Assembly (NCBI RefSeq): GCF_000250635.1
Contig: NC_016940.1
Span: forward strand, 1,352,995-1,416,994
Source of the DNA: Saprospira grandis str. Lewin
Lineage (GTDB): Bacteria; Bacteroidota; Bacteroidia; Chitinophagales; Saprospiraceae
Reading direction: 5' to 3'
DNA: 64,000 nt
Shown here: in pieces, positions 38,491-47,085 of the stretch
Layout: every line of letters begins with the position of its first letter
Position numbering within the stretch: position 1 is the stretch's first letter
Program-made: the position numbers and the translations under genes
Notes under the pieces: generated by a model
Database searches by the model: none
Told to the model about the DNA's origin: nothing
What the model saw: only the letters and a program-made list of their open reading frames with translations

Positions 38491-40431
38491 CTAGCGATTG
38501 AGGATGATGATCTCTACCTTCCGCTTTTGATGCTTGGCCATATTACTTTCTATTACGCCTCGGCCATCGGTTGTAATTTGGGCGCTTGTGATGCCCAGCT
38601 CCTTCATAAACTTAGTGACATAACCCGCCCGTTTCTGCGAAAGGGATAGATTGAACTCCTTATCCCCCACATCATCGGCAAAGCCTGTTACCTGAATTTT
38701 TAGACTTTCTGGATCTTCAAATTGCTCTAGTAGTTTTTGTATTTGCTCTTTTTGCAACTCACTCAAATCATATTTTCCGGTCTCAAAGTAGACCGATAAG
38801 TTTTTGCGCAAACGAGGCTTGGGCGGCTCGGCCATTACGGGCTCTTCTTCAGGGATTTTTCCGTTGGGGCTGAGCTGTACATCTATTCGCTTGATGGCCT
38901 CCCCTGCCGCTCGCTCAAAGTAGTCGGCCCCAATAAAGTTATCATAGCCCTCTTTAGAAATAATATAGGAGTAAGAAGCTCCACTAGGCAAACAAAGGAA
39001 AAATCGGCCCGCCTTATCCGTTTCAAAGATGCCAATGTTTTCGCCTTCATTTCTCAGGCGAACTCTAGCCCCGGCCAAAGGTTCGGCTGTGGCCTCATCA
39101 TAGAGGTAGCCATCCAAAAATACATGCTCTACGGCAGGAGCCATAGCAGCGGGAATATGACAGCTATAAAGGTCCAAGCCCCCTTTTCCTTCTGGTCGGT
39201 CAGAAGAAAAGTAGGCATACTCGCCATCAGGAGAGACCACAATGCCCGCTTCGCGGAAAGGAGAGTTGACGCCCTCTCCCATATTTACTGGTCTAGACCA
39301 TTCACCATTTTCTAATAATAAGGTCCGAAAAGCATCGGCTTCGCCCAATCCCGGATGTCCATCAGACACAAAGTAGAGGGTTTGACCATCTGGCGCAATA
39401 AAAGGCGCTTCTTCATCTCCTTCTGTGTTGATTTTTGGTCCCAAGTTCTCAGGCACTCCCCAACGCCCATCGGCCATTAGCTCCGAAACCCAGATATCGC
39501 TGCCGCCAAAGCCCCCCTCTCGAGTAGAGACAAAGTACATTTTATAGCCATCGCAACTAATAGAGGGCTGAGAGTCCCAGGCTTCGCTATTTAGGCCTAT
39601 TGCTGGCCCCACGCTATCTACTATTTCATTTTCGCTATCATATTCGGCCACATAAATATCGCAGCCGCCCTGCACATTTTCCCAGGCACAGGCGGCAAAG
39701 AAAATCCGTCGACCACAAACTGTAAACTTGGCCATGCCTTCATTATAAGGTGTATTGATGGCTGGTCCAATAGATTTTGGCGATTTCCATTCGCCCTTCT
39801 CGTTTTTGCGCAGCATCAAAATATCTTCATCTCCCGAGCGGTTGGAGGTATAGAGGAGCATATCGCCATTGGCCCGCAAGGTGGGCAAAAACTCATCAAA
39901 TTTGGAGTTGGCCATGCCGGGCAAAAGCTCGGCCTTGCCCGTAGAGCCGGTATATTCCATTTCTATAGCATATTCGCAGCTCTTAATGTTTCGGTCCAAA
40001 TACGCATCATAGTTGCGGGCCGCCCCCTCTTCTTTGATGCTATAGTTTTTGGGGTCTGCATATTTGTAGAGCTCAAAGTACTCTAAGGCTTTAATATAAT
40101 TATAGGCCTTCATCTGTAGTTCGGCGGCCTCAAAATAGGCAGATCTAGACAAAAGCGGATTTTGCTTAAAGAGCTGCTCATAAGCCATTCTTGCCGTTTC
40201 ATAATCGCCTGTTTCTTTGGCCACCACCCCCAACAAGCGCTGAGCCGCAGCAAAGTTGGGCTTTTGCTTAATGGCTTGCTTTAGACTAGCTGCAGCCGCC
40301 TCATATTTGGCATTATTAAAATAGTATTCGGCATCTTCCATATGTTCTTTGGCCGATTTGCTCAGGGGCTGGGCCCTAAGACTGAGGCTACAGAAGAGCA
40401 GTAAAAAAAGGAGGTGTATAGCTTTCATCAT
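38491..40431 (-). CDS. porE: PorE-like T9SS-associated protein (TPR, TolB-like beta-propeller, carboxypeptidase-regulatory-like domain, OmpA C-terminal peptidoglycan-binding domain)
   Basis: Four-domain order read from the sequence. N-terminal TPR helices, PD40-like repeats (YFSSDRPEG, YFVSDGHPG), a VRLRNEGENIGIFETDKAGRF CRD-like segment, and a C-terminal FNLSLSQKRAGYVTKFM…TTDGRG OmpA_C domain. Matches the architecture described for P. gingivalis PorE. Confidence 0.55.
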   Translation of the reverse strand: MMKAIHLLFLLLFCSLSLRAQPLSKSAKEHMEDAEYYFNNAKYEAAAASLKQAIKQKPNFAAAQRLLGVVAKETGDYETARMAYEQLFKQNPLLSRSAYFEAAELQMKAYNYIKALEYFELYKYADPKNYSIKEEGAARNYDAYLDRNIKSCEYAIEMEYTGSTGKAELLPGMANSKFDEFLPTLRANGDMLLYTSNRSGDEDILMLRKNEKGEWKSPKSIGPAINTPYNEGMAKFTVCGRRIFFAACAWENVQGGCDIYVAEYDSENEIVDSVGPAIGLNSEAWDSQPSISCDGYKMYFVSTREGGFGGSDIWVSELMADGRWGVPENLGPKINTEGDEEAPFIAPDGQTLYFVSDGHPGLGEADAFRTLLLENGEWSRPVNMGEGVNSPFREAGIVVSPDGEYAYFSSDRPEGKGGLDLYSCHIPAAMAPAVEHVFLDGYLYDEATAEPLAGARVRLRNEGENIGIFETDKAGRFFLCLPSGASYSYIISKEGYDNFIGADYFERAAGEAIKRIDVQLSPNGKIPEEEPVMAEPPKPRLRKNLSVYFETGKYDLSELQKEQIQKLLEQFEDPESLKIQVTGFADDVGDKEFNLSLSQKRAGYVTKFMKELGITSAQITTDGRGVIESNMAKHQKRKVEIIILNR

Positions 40432-40455
40432 GATTATTGTTTGCCTTAGTTTGTT

Positions 40456-41010
40456 TGGCGGTCTGGGCGGGCCGAAGGCCCGCCGGCCTAGCGATGTGCA
40501 GCAGTGCGGCGCAGCCGCAGACCCAGGCCGTCAGGCCGCAGGGCCGAGCAGACCTGCGAGCTGCGGAACGTAGCGCCGACGAGCGAAGGGAGGCGGAGGC
40601 CCCAAAACAGCAGCGAGCTGCGACAACCAGCCTCGAAGAGGCGCCAGTTCGACGACCAAAGGGAGTAAACGTAGCGCCGACGACCGAAGGGAGGCGGAGG
40701 CCCCAAAATAGCAGCGAGCTGCGACAACCAGCCTCGAAGAGGCGCCAGTTCGACGACCAAAGGGAGTAAACGTAGCGCCGACGAGCGAAGCGAGGCGGAG
40801 GCCCCAAAATAGCAGCGAGCTGCGACAACCAGCCTCGAAGAGGCGCCAGTTCGACGACCAAAGGGAGTAAACGTAGCGCCGACGAGCGAAGCGAGGCGGA
40901 GGCCCCAAAATAGCAGCGAGCTGCGACAACCAGCCTCGAAGAGGCGCCAGTTCGACGACCAAAGGGAGTAAACGTAGCGCCGACGAGCGAAGGGAGGCGG
41001 AGGCCCCAAA
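40456..41010 (-). repeat. GC-rich interspersed element (A2) expanded by four tandem copies of an internal ~101-bp sub-unit
   Basis: The A2 head (GGCCTAGCGATGTGCAGCAGTGCGGCGCAGCCGCAGACCCAGGCCGTCAGGCCGCAGGGCCGAGCAGACCTGCGAGCTGCGGAACGTAGCGCCG) is followed by four copies of GAGGCGGAGGCCCCAAAAyAGCAGCGAGCTGCGACAACCAGCCTCGAAGAGGCGCCAGTTCGACGACCAAAGGGAGTAAACGTAGCGCCGACGAsCGAAG. The period of 101 bp was counted at 40591, 40692 and 40793. Confidence 0.85.
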
Positions 41011-41084
41011 TCTCCTACAGCATTTTATAATAAACGCTTCTGCCATAAAAAAAAGGGCCAAAAGGCCCTAAAGTTCTCTTAAAA

Positions 41085-41642
41085 TCAGCCTCTTGGCTTC
41101 CAAAGTACTTCTTCTGCCTGATGGCAATGGGCGGCAAAGCGGCCAAAAATAAAGAGGTAATCGGATAGGCGATTGAGGTATTGCAAGACCACCGCAGGCA
41201 GGGCCTGTTCTTCATTTAGGGCCACGGCTAGGCGCTCGGCACGGCGGCAAACGGTACGGGCAATATTGGCCCGAGACACCTGTGGGTGCCCACCTGGCAA
41301 AACAAAATTTTTGAGGGGCGCCAAATGTTCATCCATGGCATCCATCCAGTTTTCGAGCTGCAAAACATCCTCGGGCAAAACATCGGGCTGCTTGACCTTA
41401 TCGGCCTTTTCGGGGGCGGTGGCCATGATGGTCCCTAGACTAAACAAACGTTCCTGAATCTGCAAAAGCTGCTGCCGCTGTTCTTCCTGCTCGCAAAAAT
41501 CTCTTAACAATCCTAAGTTCGCATTCAGCTCGTCTAGGCTGCCATAGGCCTCAATTCTCAAATGGTATTTGGGTAGGCGCCCCCCGCCCCAAAGTGCGGT
41601 AGTCCCCTTATCTCCAGTTTTGGTATAAATCTTAAACGACAT
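41085..41642 (-). CDS. ATP:cob(I)alamin adenosyltransferase, PduO-type (MMAB family)
   Basis: N-terminal IYTKTGDKGTTAL motif. 185 aa. Confidence 0.8.
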   Translation of the reverse strand: MSFKIYTKTGDKGTTALWGGGRLPKYHLRIEAYGSLDELNANLGLLRDFCEQEEQRQQLLQIQERLFSLGTIMATAPEKADKVKQPDVLPEDVLQLENWMDAMDEHLAPLKNFVLPGGHPQVSRANIARTVCRRAERLAVALNEEQALPAVVLQYLNRLSDYLFIFGRFAAHCHQAEEVLWKPRG

Positions 41643-41648
41643 AATTTA

Positions 41649-42215
41649 CTATACTTCTCCCTTTTGCTCCCGATAGCGCTTATAGGCCTTAATGCCTATC
41701 ATCAGGCTTATTCCAAAGGCAATCAAACTCAAAAAGGCAATCAAAAAATCAGTTCTACTTTTATAAACGGCCAAAAGCACAATGGCCAAGAGCAAGAGGG
41801 TGGCAATCTCATTGTACATCCTAAATTTGGCCGAACTCATCACAAATTCATTGCGGGCCAAACGCTGCATAATGCCCTTGCTGTAATAATGATACCAGAC
41901 CAAAAGCACAATAAATCCCAGCTTCCAGTGCATCCAGATATTGGCCACAAACCAATCCCAACCATAATAAATGAGCATCATGCTCCCCCCAAAAAAGGTA
42001 ATAAACATGGCCGGCGTCATAATAATATGATACAATCGGCGCTGCATAATGGCGTATTGCTCCGTCAAAACTCCCCGCTCTGCCTCGGGCCGCTCCAAAG
42101 CCTCGGTATGATAAATAAATAGACGAGGCAGGTAAAATAGGGCCGCAAACCAGCTAATGAGCCCAATAAAGTGAATAACTTTACCCAAGTTATAGAGCCA
42201 TGGCGTATCAAACAT
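41649..42215 (-). CDS. hemJ: protoporphyrinogen IX oxidase HemJ (CopD-like membrane protein)
   Basis: N-terminal KVIHFIGLISWFAALFYLPRLFIYH, which is the hallmark HemJ motif. 188 aa with 4-5 TM helices. Confidence 0.75.
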   Translation of the reverse strand: MFDTPWLYNLGKVIHFIGLISWFAALFYLPRLFIYHTEALERPEAERGVLTEQYAIMQRRLYHIIMTPAMFITFFGGSMMLIYYGWDWFVANIWMHWKLGFIVLLVWYHYYSKGIMQRLARNEFVMSSAKFRMYNEIATLLLLAIVLLAVYKSRTDFLIAFLSLIAFGISLMIGIKAYKRYREQKGEV

Positions 42216-42280
42216 ATTGCTTAGTTATTTTTTTCAAGGGCGAAGATAAGGATTATTAACGCTCAAAATTGTGATTTTCT

Positions 42281-42694
42281 ATGTCTATTCAACATCATTC
42301 TATTGCTCTTCGGGCCAAAAGCCGAGGCTTCCACCTCATTACCGCAGAGGTTTTGCAACAATTGCCGGCCCTACCTCAAAACGGACTGCTACAGCTTTTT
42401 ATCCAACATACTTCGGCCGGCCTGACCATTAACGAGAATGCCGATCCCGATGTCCGTATGGATTTTGAAACGATTTTTAATCGCCTGGTCCCCGAAAACC
42501 AAAAGGGCCTTTTGCATACCCTAGAAGGCCCCGACGATATGCCCGCCCACATTAAAACCGCTTTTACAGGCACAAGTTTAAGTATTCCCATTATTCAAGG
42601 CCAACTCGCCCTAGGTACTTGGCAGGGCCTCTATCTTTGCGAGTTCAGAAACCAAGGCGGCCGCCGAAAACTGATCGCTACGATTATGGATTAG
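42281..42694 (+). CDS. YjbQ/UPF0047-family protein (secondary thiamine-phosphate synthase-like)
   Basis: HTSAGLTINENADPDV … PAHIKTAFTGTSLSIPI … LGTWQGLYLCEF motifs. Confidence 0.8.
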   Translation: MSIQHHSIALRAKSRGFHLITAEVLQQLPALPQNGLLQLFIQHTSAGLTINENADPDVRMDFETIFNRLVPENQKGLLHTLEGPDDMPAHIKTAFTGTSLSIPIIQGQLALGTWQGLYLCEFRNQGGRRKLIATIMD

Positions 42695-42782
42695 GATTTG
42701 GGAAGTCTGTTTATTATCTCTGTAGGTTAAAACCTCATAAAGCTAATCCTTTGAATATACAGGATAGTGAATAGTTGGGGAT

Positions 42783-42917
42783 TTTGGGGCCTCCTGCCTG
42801 CGGCAGGCGCTACGTTTCGCAGCTCGCTATTCGCTCGGCCCTGCGGCCTGACGGCCTTGGTCTGCGGCTGTGCCGCACTGCTGCACATCGCTAGGCCAGG
42901 CTGGCCGAAGGCCAGCC
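42783..42917 (+). repeat. GC-rich interspersed element, subfamily A2 (compact reference copy)
   Basis: TTTTGGGGCCTCCTGCCTGCGGCAGGCGCTACGTTTCGCAGCTCGCTATTCGCTCGGCCCTGCGGCCTGACGGCCTTGGTCTGCGGCTGTGCCGCACTGCTGCACATCGCTAGGCCAGGCTGGCCGAAGGCCAGCC. Confidence 0.85.
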
Positions 42918-43047
42918 TTCTAGATCCAAACAGATTTGGCCCTTTCTACAGACTTTTGTAATTTTTTAGGCCCTTAGGGCTAACCATCAGCCCCTTTGGG
43001 GTATTACTCATTGAGCCCACAAGCTTACCCCCAGAAACCTCTTTTTT

Positions 43048-43620
43048 ATGGATATTTCAATTGCGGCCCTTCGGGCTGGAGACCAAAGGGCCTACAAAGC
43101 CCTCTATGAACAGGCCTATTGGTATTGTGCTAGTTATTTGCTCCAACAGGGCGCCCAAGAAACCGATGCCAAAGCCACTTTTAATCGTGCCCTAGAGATT
43201 TTTTGGACCAAAATGCAAACGCCCGATTTCGAGCTCAGTTGCCAACCCAAAACCTATCTCTATGCCGTTTGCCGAAACCTCTGGCTCAAACAGCTCCGCA
43301 AACAAAAGAAAAACCCCATCCTCCAAGATGAGGAACGCCTGCTGCAAGAGCCCCTCCCCCATTTGGTCCAAGAAGAGGTCTACTTTTTAGAAGAAGAAGA
43401 GGCCGACCCCCTACTCATGACCGCCATGAAAGCCCTAAGCAGCATGAAGAATACCGATTGCCAAAAAGTGCTGGAGCTCTACTATTTTGAGAAGAAGTCG
43501 CATCGAGAAATTGAGCAAATTATGGGCTTTGCCGATAATTACTCTAAGGTGAAGAAAAATAGCTGTATCAAACAGCTCAAAAAACAATTGCTGCGCCTGC
43601 TGGGCCAGCCCAAAGCCTAA
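43048..43620 (+). CDS. ECF-type RNA polymerase sigma-70 family factor
   Basis: 190 aa. Region-2-like segment (YLYAVCRNLWLKQLRK) and a C-terminal region-4 HTH (SHREIEQIMGFADNYSKVKK). Confidence 0.65.
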   Translation: MDISIAALRAGDQRAYKALYEQAYWYCASYLLQQGAQETDAKATFNRALEIFWTKMQTPDFELSCQPKTYLYAVCRNLWLKQLRKQKKNPILQDEERLLQEPLPHLVQEEVYFLEEEEADPLLMTAMKALSSMKNTDCQKVLELYYFEKKSHREIEQIMGFADNYSKVKKNSCIKQLKKQLLRLLGQPKA

Positions 43621-43624
43621 ATTT

Positions 43625-44515
43625 ATGGATTTTCATAGCCCCGAATGGCTGGATGCTTTCCAGCAAAACCAACTCTCTGCCGAAGAGCGAGCCGCTACCC
43701 TTGCCTTGGCCCAAAAAGATGCCGCCTATGCCGCCCAGCTGCAGGCCCATGGCATCGCTATCCAAGCTATTCAGGCTTTTGGCCGCCAAACTGCCGTAGA
43801 AAAAATGGCCCAAGAACTTGAGGAGGAAGGCCTTTTTGAACGCCCCATAGAACAAGCCCTACAGACCCAAGCCGCACAAAACCAAATTGGCCAAATTGCC
43901 CAAGAGTTAGAAGCAGAAGGCTTTTTTGCCCAAAAAGAAGAAAAGGAAGAGGAGATTAAGGTGCGCCCCCTCCCCCGCTGGCGCCCAATTATGGGTATTG
44001 CCGCTAGCCTAATTTTATTGGTGAGTCTAGGCTATTGGTGGCAGAAGTCGCAAAGCCTGCCCAGCTGGTCTCAAGAATATGCTATCGCTAGCGCAGAGTC
44101 TACCCAAAAAGAATTACAACTGCTTTTAGGCGCCCAAGGCTTTGGCCAAAATGAAGAAGCCCTCAGACAGTTGCAGCTTGGCCTCGATGCCTATGAGAAA
44201 AAGGATTGGACCAAAGCCAAAACAGAGTTGCTGGCCTACCAAAAGGCCAATTCTATCTTTGCCCAAGAAGAAACCCAGTTTTATCTGGGCCATATCGCTT
44301 TTGAGCAAGGAGAACTAGGCAGCGCAAAGTCCTACTGGCAAGAGCTGGCCCAATTGCCTAGCCTGCCCCCCCATATTTCCGAAAAACTCAGTTGGTATCA
44401 GGCGCTCTTGGCCCTACGCGAAAACCAAAAAGAACTGGCCAAAAGCTACCTGAAAAAGGTCCCTCAAGGCCCCTATCAAGAAAAAGCCAAAGAGCTCTTG
44501 CAAACGCTAGAGTAA
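43625..44515 (+). CDS. putative anti-sigma factor (single TM helix, C-terminal TPR-like region)
   Basis: Starts 4 nt after the sigma gene. TM segment IMGIAASLILLVSLGYWW. C-terminal helical repeats. Confidence 0.5.
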   Translation: MDFHSPEWLDAFQQNQLSAEERAATLALAQKDAAYAAQLQAHGIAIQAIQAFGRQTAVEKMAQELEEEGLFERPIEQALQTQAAQNQIGQIAQELEAEGFFAQKEEKEEEIKVRPLPRWRPIMGIAASLILLVSLGYWWQKSQSLPSWSQEYAIASAESTQKELQLLLGAQGFGQNEEALRQLQLGLDAYEKKDWTKAKTELLAYQKANSIFAQEETQFYLGHIAFEQGELGSAKSYWQELAQLPSLPPHISEKLSWYQALLALRENQKELAKSYLKKVPQGPYQEKAKELLQTLE

Positions 44516-44550
44516 TACAAGGCCTTGCTCCTTAGTAGAATATTAGATGA

Positions 44551-44576
44551 TCCCCTCCTCGGAGGGGATTTTTTTT
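44551..44576 (+). terminator. rho-independent terminator of the sigma/anti-sigma operon
   Basis: TCCCCTCC-TC-GGAGGGGA followed by T8. Confidence 0.8.
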
Positions 44577-44579
44577 GTC

Positions 44580-45127
44580 CCCTATTCGATAGAGATCAAA
44601 TACCCCATCAAGGGCTTGATGCCCTATTCGACAGAGATCAAATACCCCATCAAAGGCTTGATGCCCTATTCGACAGAGATCAAATACCCCATCAAAGGCT
44701 TGATGCCCTATTCGACAGAGATCAAATACCCCATCAAAGGCTTGATGCCCTAGTTGACAGAGATCAAATACCCCATCAAAGGCTTGATGCCCTATTCGAT
44801 AGAGATCAAACACCCCATAAAAGGCTTGATGCCCTATTCGATAGAGATCAAATACCTCATAAAAGGCTTGATGCCCTATTCGACAGAGATCAAATACCCC
44901 ATCAAAGGCTTGATGCCCTATTCGACAGAGATCAAATACCCCATCAAAGGCTTGATGCCCTAGTTGACAGAGATCAAACACCCCATCAAAGGCTTGATGC
45001 CCTATTCGACAGAGATCAAATACCCCATCAAAGGCTTGATGCCCTAGTTGACAGAGATCAAACACCCCATCAAAGGCTTGATGCCCTATTCGACAGAGAT
45101 CAAATACCCCATCAAAGGCTTGATGCC
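44580..45127. repeat. tandem array, 42-bp unit x13 (CCCTATTCGACAGAGATCAAATACCCCATCAAAGGCTTGATG)
   Basis: 13 head-to-tail units with sparse variants (ATACC/ACACC, TTCGAC/GTTGAC, CATCAA/CATAAA). The unit contains the CATCAA-AGGC-TTGATG inverted repeat and a GATC site. It is open in several frames, giving a spurious DALFDRDQIPHQRL-repeat ORF. Confidence 0.9.
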
Positions 45128-45138
45128 CTAATTGGTCC

Positions 45139-45178
45139 AAAAACAAAAGGGGCTGCTCGATATCGAGCAGCCCCTTTG
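45139..45178 (-). terminator. rho-independent terminator of the OMP gene (perfect 15-bp palindrome AAAGGGGCTGCTCGA|TATCGAGCAGCCCCTTT)
   Basis: Hairpin immediately downstream of the stop at 45198. An A-rich run on the + strand gives a T-run on the minus strand. Confidence 0.75.
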
Positions 45179-45197
45179 CAGCAGGTCCTAAGCGATC

Positions 45198-46880
45198 TTA
45201 GAACTTAGCAATGACACCAATTTTTCCATTGATGCCCAATTGCTGATAGAGGTACCAGCGTTGGTATTTGTTATTGAGCAAATTGTTGCCTTCTACAAAG
45301 AAAGCAAAGCGTTGTTGCTCTCCTTTTCCTAGCCAATAAGTAGCATTGAGGTTAAGGTCAAACAAACCGCCAAGGGTTTCGCTTTCAGTGCCTAAGGCAG
45401 GAAGATAAGGCACGCCAGCATTGACAAAGAGGTCGGCCCCAACTTCTAGATTACCTTTTTTATATTTTAGGCCAAAGCTAGACTCCAAAACAGGCAGATG
45501 ATAAGCCACTTCAGCCGTTCCGCCGCTATAATTATTGAAAGCTAGCGCCCCCTTAAAGTAGAGTTCCTCCATAATTTGGAGCTCCACATCTGCGGCCACA
45601 GTCAAGCGGCTGAGTGTATCATAGGCCAGACCAAATTTCAGATAATTGCTTTCTACGGTATTATAGAAAAGGGGTTGTTGGCTCAAATTGGCATAAGAGA
45701 CATTAAAGTCGTAGCCTAGGCGCTTAATCTTCCCTTTGAGTCCCCCATAAAAGCGGCTTTCTTGGGTATGTTCCCAATGCAGGCGCTCTGTATCCAAGAA
45801 AGGATTATAAGTAGAGAGCTGCATGAGGGTATTTTCACGGATACTGCCCGACCAACCTGCATAGGGAATAAATTGGCCCCCTAAAACGGCATAGCTAAGC
45901 TCGATATCGGGCAAAACGAAGAACTGTCCGGCATTGCTTCCTAAGCGGGCGCCCAAACGGCTCTTAAAGTTGCCAAAATTGAGGTCGGCTCCAGCATGCA
46001 ATTGGGCCAGGCTGCGGCTTTGGCTGCTATCGGTGGTGGTATAGCGGCTATACAGCAGCTCGGCATTGGCAAAGAGGCGATGTTGGGGGCTGCGGCTATT
46101 GCCCAACCATTTTTCAAAAACAAGGCGGGGGCGGATATTGAGTTCGCCAACGCCATGATAAGAACTGGTATTATAGAGGTCCAAATCGGCTCTATAGTTC
46201 ATCTCTTGTTTATTGCTTTTGGCATTAAAGAGATGAATATTGGCCCCTACCGTAAGGTAGCGCTGTTTGAGGCTATCTTCGGCTAGGCCAGAGCTATCTT
46301 GAGCGAAGGGATAAAGGCTATCGCCTAGATTTTCGAGCAGTTGGTGGTAGCCATAATAGCGATAATTATTGAGGTCCATATTTAGGGCACCGCCAACAGC
46401 AAGGCCATTAGACAGAAAATAATCGCCCTGTAGATTTAGCGAAGTTTCGCCAAAAACTTGGTCCTCTAAGTTACCTTGGCTGCTATGGTGTTTGGCTGTT
46501 GCCCCAAAGCGAAATTTATCGCTATTGCTATTGTGGTAAGAGAGTTCTAGCAAGGGGGAAAGCGGGTAACCAATGCCAGCCTTTGTATAAAAGTTGAGAC
46601 TTTTGGGCGGCTTAGGCACGGGCATAGCCAGCGGGCGGATATTGGGTTCTGGATAATTAACCGAGACGATCCGTTCGGGGACCAAATAAGTTATTTTTTG
46701 GCCAGCGCTGGTATCCAAATCGGGTAAAAGAGGCTGAGCCTCCTGCTTTTTACTTTCGGCCAATTGGGCCTTAAAGGGTTTGACTAGCTCGGTCCCTACA
46801 TCATTGATTTGGGCCTTTAGGCTGGGGGCAAACAGCCCAACAGCCAAAGCTAAACAAAGAGATTTACTATATTTTATCAT
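45198..46880 (-). CDS. outer-membrane beta-barrel protein (signal peptide, C-terminal Phe)
   Basis: Start moved to the ATG at 46878-46880 (MIKYSKSLCLALAVGLFAPSLKAQ). Alternating amphipathic beta-strand pattern. Ends …GVIAKF. Confidence 0.65.
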   Translation of the reverse strand: MIKYSKSLCLALAVGLFAPSLKAQINDVGTELVKPFKAQLAESKKQEAQPLLPDLDTSAGQKITYLVPERIVSVNYPEPNIRPLAMPVPKPPKSLNFYTKAGIGYPLSPLLELSYHNSNSDKFRFGATAKHHSSQGNLEDQVFGETSLNLQGDYFLSNGLAVGGALNMDLNNYRYYGYHQLLENLGDSLYPFAQDSSGLAEDSLKQRYLTVGANIHLFNAKSNKQEMNYRADLDLYNTSSYHGVGELNIRPRLVFEKWLGNSRSPQHRLFANAELLYSRYTTTDSSQSRSLAQLHAGADLNFGNFKSRLGARLGSNAGQFFVLPDIELSYAVLGGQFIPYAGWSGSIRENTLMQLSTYNPFLDTERLHWEHTQESRFYGGLKGKIKRLGYDFNVSYANLSQQPLFYNTVESNYLKFGLAYDTLSRLTVAADVELQIMEELYFKGALAFNNYSGGTAEVAYHLPVLESSFGLKYKKGNLEVGADLFVNAGVPYLPALGTESETLGGLFDLNLNATYWLGKGEQQRFAFFVEGNNLLNNKYQRWYLYQQLGINGKIGVIAKF

Positions 46881-46913
46881 TTGATTTTTCTTTAGACGAT
46901 CTATTTTGGAGAG

Positions 46914-47077
46914 GACAGGTGGCGAAGCCGCCGCAAAGGAGCGCAGCGACGCGGCTGAGGGATGGGCAGCAGTGGCCCGCGGGGCCAGACCCAGCCGCCA
47001 AAGGCGGCGCAGGGCCGAGCGAATAGCGAGCTGCGATACAGCCCGACCCGCCCGCAGGGCGGGGCAGCCCCAAAAAA
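46914..47077 (-). repeat. GC-rich interspersed element, subfamily A1
   Basis: …GGGATGGGCAGCAGTGGCCCGCGGGGCCAGACCCAGCCGCC…GCAGGGCCGAGCGAATAGCGAGCTGCGATACAGCCCGACCCG…GGGGCAGCCCCAAAAAAA. Lies between the TPR gene stop and the OMP gene start. Confidence 0.85.
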
Positions 47078-47085
47078 AGAAAGAT

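Noticed and set aside
44525-45208. 227-aa and 204-aa ORFs (both strands) with 14-aa DALFDRDQIPHQRL-type repeats
   Set aside because: They are artefacts of the 42-bp tandem array. Both strands are open, the region sits between two terminators, and there is no start context.
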